IMG/VR virus record: IMGVR_UViG_3300045777_000097
Span: 1 to 55,901 of that record
Source: a virus
Lineage: Duplodnaviria > Caudoviricetes
Reading direction: 5' to 3' (one strand)
DNA length: 55,901 nucleotides
Part shown: piece by piece, positions 51,285 through 55,901 of the stretch
Layout: every line of letters begins with the position of its first letter
How positions within the stretch are numbered: the first letter of the stretch is position 1
Notes under the pieces: generated by a model
What the model was told of the DNA's origin: nothing
Databases searched by the model: none
What the model saw: only the letters and a program-made list of their open reading frames with translations
Made by a program: the position numbers and the translations under genes

Positions 51285-53015
51285 TCACATGCTCCCGCCC
51301 TGTTGCGGCTGCTGCGGCGGAACCATGCCGCCCTGCTGCAGCATGTTCGCCGCTGATCCGATCTTGCCGGCGGCGTCCGCGGCCTGGCTGACAGCGCCGA
51401 GCGCCTGTTGCTGGGCCTGCTGCTGCGCCATCATCTGTCGGGACTTCGCCTTGTCGGCGTCGGCCTTCGACTTCGGGAAGATCCATGTCGAGGGCGCGCC
51501 GGTGCCGATGAGGGCGTCGCGGAAGGCCTCGTCGACATCAACGTCGTGGACGACGGCCGGGTCCATCTGGACCGCGAGCGAGGTGAGTTGCCCGACGGAC
51601 GTGAACGCCTGCGCATTGGCGGTCTGCTGCGCCTGCACGAGCGGCGATTCGAACTCGTAGACGATCTCCTGCCCGCGGAGCGGCTTCGGGATGTCTTTGA
51701 CCGGGCCGAAGGCGTTCAGCCGGAGGAGCATCGTGAAGGCTTCGTCGCAGAGGGGGGCGCTGTATTCCGACATGATCGGGTCGAACAGCGGCATGGCGGT
51801 CCTGATGAACTCCTGCCACATCTTCTGCGTCTCGTAGGCGGTGCGGACGTGGCTAGTGTCGGGGAACTTGATCTGGTTCAGGAAGTGCCCGTTGGCGATG
51901 ATCTCGGCGATTCGCTTCTCGCGATCGACGCCCCACCCGAGGTTCGGGTTGGAGCCGTAGAGGGGCTTCAGCGCCGGGCCCGTGCGCTCGTCGTACTCCG
52001 GGTCGACCCATGAGATGCCGCCGGCGAAGAGGTTGACGCCGCCCTGGATGACGTCGGAGCCGACCGCCTGCATCGGGGGATCGACGGCCTTCTGCCCGGC
52101 CTCGAGCAGCGTGAGCGTGATCTGTTGCAACATGCGGGCGTCGGAGATGTTGATGACGGCCGGCGGGCTGTAGCCGTAGACGAAGCCGGGCACCGTCACC
52201 CAGCGCGGGGGAACGTAGCCGAACTGGTGCTGTCCGACCTCCTCGAGCGTTGTCTGGTGATCGGTGTCGATGATGATGGAAGAGTGCTTCAAGGCGTAGC
52301 CGACGCGGCGGATGCCCTCTTTCCCGGCCTCTGTCTTGGCGACCTTGTCGTCGTATTCGTCGCCCGGCATGACGATGTGCCGGATCATGACGGGCGTCAT
52401 CCCGCCGTCCTTCTCCGCGAGCTTCTTGACCTGCTCGCTCGCCGTCTTCGGGAACATCTTGACGAGGTTGCGCGCCGGGAGCGAGTCCTTGACGTGGATG
52501 GTGTCGATGAACCCGTCGGAATTTTCCGCGTAGGCGACGTCGCGCATGTGGCGCGCGCGGAAGGAAAGCCCGGTGAAATCCTTGTTCGGCCGGACCCGGA
52601 TGCAGGCGTTGCCGATCGAGGCGAAGCCCCTGTCCGCCTCCTTGGTCGCCCGGTCGAAGCCTGACTTCGGGGCGTAGAAGGCGCGCCGCATCACGTCGCC
52701 GGCATAGTCCATCCAGCGCAGGGAGGTGATGTCCTTGTTGATCTTCTCGATGTTGGTTCGGGGGTGAAACCAGACCTGTCCGGGCGGTCGCAGCGTGGCG
52801 CTGATCGCGTTCGCCAGATCCCGGTTCGCCATCGCCGGGACGCCGGTCATGAGGTGCGAGGCGAATTCCATGCCCATGGATCGGGTGTACGTGTAGTCGG
52901 CGTTCTCCGGGTAGAATTGCTCGGTGATCGCCTGCCACAGCGAGAGGATCGGCGCCTTCTTCGAGAAAAGGGCGTCGCCGATCGCGAGGAGGTCTTTGGC
53001 GGTCGAGTCCGACAC
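51285..53015 (-). CDS. Portal / head-tail connector (T7 gp8-like)
   Basis: LWQAITEQFYP, WF, PRW...YGYSP, KAVDPP, RTAYE, YEFESPL; GTG start at 53015. Confidence 0.92.
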   Translation of the reverse strand: MSDSTAKDLLAIGDALFSKKAPILSLWQAITEQFYPENADYTYTRSMGMEFASHLMTGVPAMANRDLANAISATLRPPGQVWFHPRTNIEKINKDITSLRWMDYAGDVMRRAFYAPKSGFDRATKEADRGFASIGNACIRVRPNKDFTGLSFRARHMRDVAYAENSDGFIDTIHVKDSLPARNLVKMFPKTASEQVKKLAEKDGGMTPVMIRHIVMPGDEYDDKVAKTEAGKEGIRRVGYALKHSSIIIDTDHQTTLEEVGQHQFGYVPPRWVTVPGFVYGYSPPAVINISDARMLQQITLTLLEAGQKAVDPPMQAVGSDVIQGGVNLFAGGISWVDPEYDERTGPALKPLYGSNPNLGWGVDREKRIAEIIANGHFLNQIKFPDTSHVRTAYETQKMWQEFIRTAMPLFDPIMSEYSAPLCDEAFTMLLRLNAFGPVKDIPKPLRGQEIVYEFESPLVQAQQTANAQAFTSVGQLTSLAVQMDPAVVHDVDVDEAFRDALIGTGAPSTWIFPKSKADADKAKSRQMMAQQQAQQQALGAVSQAADAAGKIGSAANMLQQGGMVPPQQPQQGGSM

Positions 53016-53022
53016 CGGGGCC

Positions 53023-53256
53023 TCACTTGTTGGCGTTGCCGAGCGCGCCCGAGGAGAAGGTGTCCGCCGCGGTGCCGGGCGCCTGCCGCCCAACGACGGT
53101 CGAGGCGCGGCCCGCCCGGCGCGTCGCCGTCATGGCCTGGTTGTTCGCGGCCTCGGTGACGGCGGGGGCCTGCTGGTCCGGCATGGGGGGCGCGACGGCG
53201 ACCTGCGGCGTCGCTGGGGTTGCGGCGGCTTGTCCGCCTCCGAAGATTCCTGGCAT
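53023..53256 (-). CDS. Small virion assembly protein (T7 gp7.3-like position)
   Basis: MPGIFGGG...PPMPD...RRAGRAST...LG; before the portal. Confidence 0.7.
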   Translation of the reverse strand: MPGIFGGGQAAATPATPQVAVAPPMPDQQAPAVTEAANNQAMTATRRAGRASTVVGRQAPGTAADTFSSGALGNANK

Positions 53257-53487
53257 CTATCGAGTTCCCCGTTTGATGCTGGCATATCCAACATTCGCGT
53301 GGGATGGCTTCGACCGGGCCGCCGCTTCGGAGTCCGCTATCGCGTCGTTGACGTCTACCAGAAGGTCGGGGTGTATGTCATCTGGCCCGAGATCGAGCAC
53401 CATCCCCTTGCCGGGGACGAAAACATAGCGGCCGACCTTCCGGCGGACCGGCTCGTAAAGCTGCTGCTGGGGGTTGTCGGAGCTCAT
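53257..53487 (-). CDS. 76-aa protein ending in a copy of the terminase C-terminal peptide
   Basis: MSSDNPQQQ...SKPSHANVGYASIKRGTR; ATGA overlap with the TerL stop. Confidence 0.7.
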   Translation of the reverse strand: MSSDNPQQQLYEPVRRKVGRYVFVPGKGMVLDLGPDDIHPDLLVDVNDAIADSEAAARSKPSHANVGYASIKRGTR

Positions 53488-55088
53488 GGCGCTCCCACCC
53501 TCTTGATGTTGCCGTACCCGACATTCGCGCGCGCCGGCTGGCTGTTGCCGCGGTTCGCCGCCTGCTTCCGTTTCTGCGCCTTCTCGCCGGGCTCCCAGGC
53601 CATGACGACGGCGTCCGCCTTGTCGGGCGATTTCTTGAGCCGCTTCCGGATGTCCTTCTTCGACTCGATCTGGATGTCCCGCTTGTCCGGGATCAGCATG
53701 GGCGCGCCGAGTTCGGCCGCGAGCTCCGGATCGGGCGGCAGGCAGATTTCGGAGCCGCCCGGCTGGTCGGGGCTCAACGCCTCCCGAAACCGCCACCACG
53801 CTTGCGCGCGCCGGTTCTCGAAGCCGCGCCCGGACCCGTCGTTCGCCTTCCCGACGCCTTCCTCGACGCCGTTGAACCGGAGGTAGGGGGTCGAGTTCGA
53901 TTTGAAGACCGAGCAGACGTCGCCGCCAAAGCCGCCGCCGACGTCGACCACGATCGGCGCGCCGTCGCGGCGGTGGCGCTCGGCGAACGCCGCCTGGGTG
54001 GGGCCGTCCGGGGCGTCCTTGCCCTTCGCGATCTTCACCTGGTCGAACCAGAACCCGTAGCGCGGCGCCGCCGCCACCCGGTCGATGCCGCCCTGTCCGA
54101 CGTCGAGGCCGATCGCCGTCATGCGGAAGCCGGCCGGCGGCCGCGGCGTCCAGCGCGCCTGCGCCGCCTTGATCCACTCCATCGGGATCACCTGATCTGG
54201 CTTGTCCCGGCGGGCCGCGAAGAAGTTGCCGTCGCGCATGGCGGATCGGTAGGGCTCCTCCATCTGGTCGAGGCGGCTGTCGTATCCGGTGTTCGCGAGG
54301 AAGGGGTTGTTGGCGAGGAACCCCCGGATGAAGGTTCGCGACATCGGCTTGACCGGGCGCTCCTGCCCGGGGAACTGAATCGGCTCAGGCCCGTCGACCT
54401 CGACCTCGTCCCCTTCCGGGTCTCGAGCGTACCAGCGGAGCTCGCCGTCCTTGGCCGGCTTCGGGTGCGTCGGGTCGAGCCACGGCCGGAACATGCCGAC
54501 CAGATATTGCCCGCGTTCGTCGATCGGCGGGTTGCTGGCGAGGACGACTCGGGTCCGCTGCTCGGACTCGATCGAGCGCACCCACCCGATGTGATAGCGG
54601 ACGACGTCCTCCGCGACCTGCGCCACCTCGTCCACGGCCTTCAGGTCGAAGGGATGGCCCTGCCATTGGTCCTTCGTCGCGCCGGTGAACTGGATGAACC
54701 GGCCGTCGTCGAGGCGCATGGAGGGCGGGTTCGAGCCGTTGAAGCCCTTTCTGGTCCCGACGAGCCGGATCAAGTCTTCCGTCAGGGCGTCCAGGTCGTT
54801 GTACTGCTGGCGCATGATGAGCGAACGCCGGTGGTCCGAGATCGCCAGCCCCAGGACGAGACCAGATTTCCCGGCGCCGGCGCTCCCGCCATAGAGCAGG
54901 ACGTCTGCCGGGGAGAAGAAGGCCGCCATCTGCGGGCCGGCGTTCGGGATGAACTTCGCGTTCGCCGTCGCTGCCCCCGCGGCCGCGGCGATCGCGTTCC
55001 GGTCGGCCTCGGACAGCGATGCGAGCTTCGCAGCGAGCTCGTCCAGCGAGAGGGTCCGCCAGCCTTCGATCTCGGACAGTGACGACAA
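53484..55088 (-). CDS. terL: Terminase large subunit
   Basis: LLYGGSAGAGKS Walker A, AVDEVAQ Walker B, ASNP, IGLDVGQGGID and SPDKADA nuclease motifs. Confidence 0.95.
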   Translation of the reverse strand: MSSLSEIEGWRTLSLDELAAKLASLSEADRNAIAAAAGAATANAKFIPNAGPQMAAFFSPADVLLYGGSAGAGKSGLVLGLAISDHRRSLIMRQQYNDLDALTEDLIRLVGTRKGFNGSNPPSMRLDDGRFIQFTGATKDQWQGHPFDLKAVDEVAQVAEDVVRYHIGWVRSIESEQRTRVVLASNPPIDERGQYLVGMFRPWLDPTHPKPAKDGELRWYARDPEGDEVEVDGPEPIQFPGQERPVKPMSRTFIRGFLANNPFLANTGYDSRLDQMEEPYRSAMRDGNFFAARRDKPDQVIPMEWIKAAQARWTPRPPAGFRMTAIGLDVGQGGIDRVAAAPRYGFWFDQVKIAKGKDAPDGPTQAAFAERHRRDGAPIVVDVGGGFGGDVCSVFKSNSTPYLRFNGVEEGVGKANDGSGRGFENRRAQAWWRFREALSPDQPGGSEICLPPDPELAAELGAPMLIPDKRDIQIESKKDIRKRLKKSPDKADAVVMAWEPGEKAQKRKQAANRGNSQPARANVGYGNIKRVGAP

Positions 55089-55174
55089 TCCGGGCTCCCG
55101 TGCATGGATAGGTGATTCGCGTTATACACCGTGCCGGGAGCGGCGGCCCCGGACACTGTTCACGGTGGACCCGG

Positions 55175-55624
55175 ATGAGCCGCAAACCCCGCCCCTACAA
55201 TCCCACTGAGGCGATGCTGCACCACCTCGGCCAACGCCTGCTGGCGCTGCGCATCGAGCTCGGCCAGGCCATCAGGGGCGCGCCGGAACCAGCCCACCGT
55301 GGCCTCGGGGCGACGTTCCGACTCGGGCACTCCCCGATGGATCACATCGGCGATCCCAACCCGCAGAACATCGCCGGGTTCGTGGACATCGCGAATATCC
55401 GCGATGCCATCTGCGACGTCGAGCGGCAGATTTCCAGGATCACGGTCGGGCCGTTCGTGGAGCGCGGCCTCGGGCACGGCTTCCAGATGGGGCGCTCACC
55501 GATGGGGGCTCCGGGTCCCGGCATGTATCCGGCGGGGACCGCCCAGCCCGGCATCTTCCCGGCGCGCACCATAGCGGACGATCTGGACGACTTCAGGGTC
55601 GGGGATTCGGAAATTGGCGGCTGA
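55175..55624 (+). CDS. Hypothetical protein divergent from terL
   Basis: MSRKPRPYNPTEAMLHHLGQRLL...; helical, protein-like. Confidence 0.55.
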   Translation: MSRKPRPYNPTEAMLHHLGQRLLALRIELGQAIRGAPEPAHRGLGATFRLGHSPMDHIGDPNPQNIAGFVDIANIRDAICDVERQISRITVGPFVERGLGHGFQMGRSPMGAPGPGMYPAGTAQPGIFPARTIADDLDDFRVGDSEIGG

Positions 55625-55640
55625 GAAAGGACCACGCACT

Positions 55641-55901
55641 ATGAGCAGACTGAAAATGATCCTCATGACGACTGCGCTTCTCGCGCCGGGTGCTGCCTTC
55701 GCGCAGGCGACGCCAGAGCAGATTTTTGGCCTCACCGCGCCGCAGAGTTGCCCGGAATGGCCCCTGACGACTGGCTGGGGCCTGAACTGCGTTCCATCGG
55801 TCGCGATGTGGGACAAGCTGTTTTCGAGCAAGGCGGACGGAGCCGCGACGCCAGCTCTCTCGCCGCTGACCTATGGAGCCAAGGGAGACGGCCTCACGGA
55901 C
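55641..55901 (+). CDS. Signal-peptide tailspike-like protein, N-terminal paralog of 13347..17642; runs off the window (3' partial)
   Basis: Hand translation MSRLKMILMTTALLAPGAAFA/QATPEQIFGLTAPQSCPEWPLTTGWGLNCVPSVAMWDKLFSSKAD...TYGAKGDGLTD; AAAGGA RBS. Confidence 0.8.
   Translation, partial: MSRLKMILMTTALLAPGAAFAQATPEQIFGLTAPQSCPEWPLTTGWGLNCVPSVAMWDKLFSSKADGAATPALSPLTYGAKGDGLTD

Larger units (their letters stand above)
1..55901. mobile_element. Tailed phage or prophage: podovirus-type virion module with lambdoid-type replication and recombination genes; incomplete at both ends
   Basis: Terminase, portal, capsid, tail tubular, lysis and replication genes in continuous tightly coupled operons; no host genes seen. 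Confidence 0.95.

Noticed and set aside
1-55901. CRISPR array, tRNA, integrase/att site, phage RNA or DNA polymerase, inteins
   Set aside because: None recognised by eye; tRNAscan, repeat finders and HMM searches would be needed to exclude them firmly

Overview
The whole window is a high-GC tailed-phage genome or prophage, cut inside genes at both ends. The host is probably an alphaproteobacterium (inferred from gene families, LuxR-type and GapR-like genes, and promoter style). No integrase, tRNA, CRISPR array or host housekeeping gene was recognised. Layout: (1) 1-6.4 kb, minus strand: small accessory genes, HAD phosphatase, two stand-alone LuxR-type HTHs, DUF1376/YdaU initiator plus partner, HNH-AP2, MT-A70 methyltransferase, RuvC-like resolvase. 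(2) 6.5-9.9 kb, plus strand: RecE/RecT-like recombination genes and an HTH. (3) 9.9-55.1 kb, minus strand: a T7/BPP-1-like podovirus late module running terminase, portal, scaffold, capsid, tail tubular A/B, internal virion proteins (including a 3679-aa DarB-like ParB/methyltransferase/strawberry-notch helicase protein), tail fibre and an enlarged lysis cassette. Most unusual points: (a) four adjacent tailspike-, beta-helix- or esterase-like genes that all carry Sec or Tat signal peptides behind their own promoter, plus a fifth exported paralog at the right edge sharing a Cys-paired N-terminal module; (b) a 106-aa gene with a strong RBS overprinted inside the methyltransferase-helicase linker of the giant protein; (c) an Acb2/Tad1-like domain fusion among the head genes; (d) a Tae2-like amidase plus a lysozyme inside an ejection protein; (e) a small gene ending in a copy of the terminase C-terminal peptide. 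All family assignments come from recognising motifs by eye, not from database searches.
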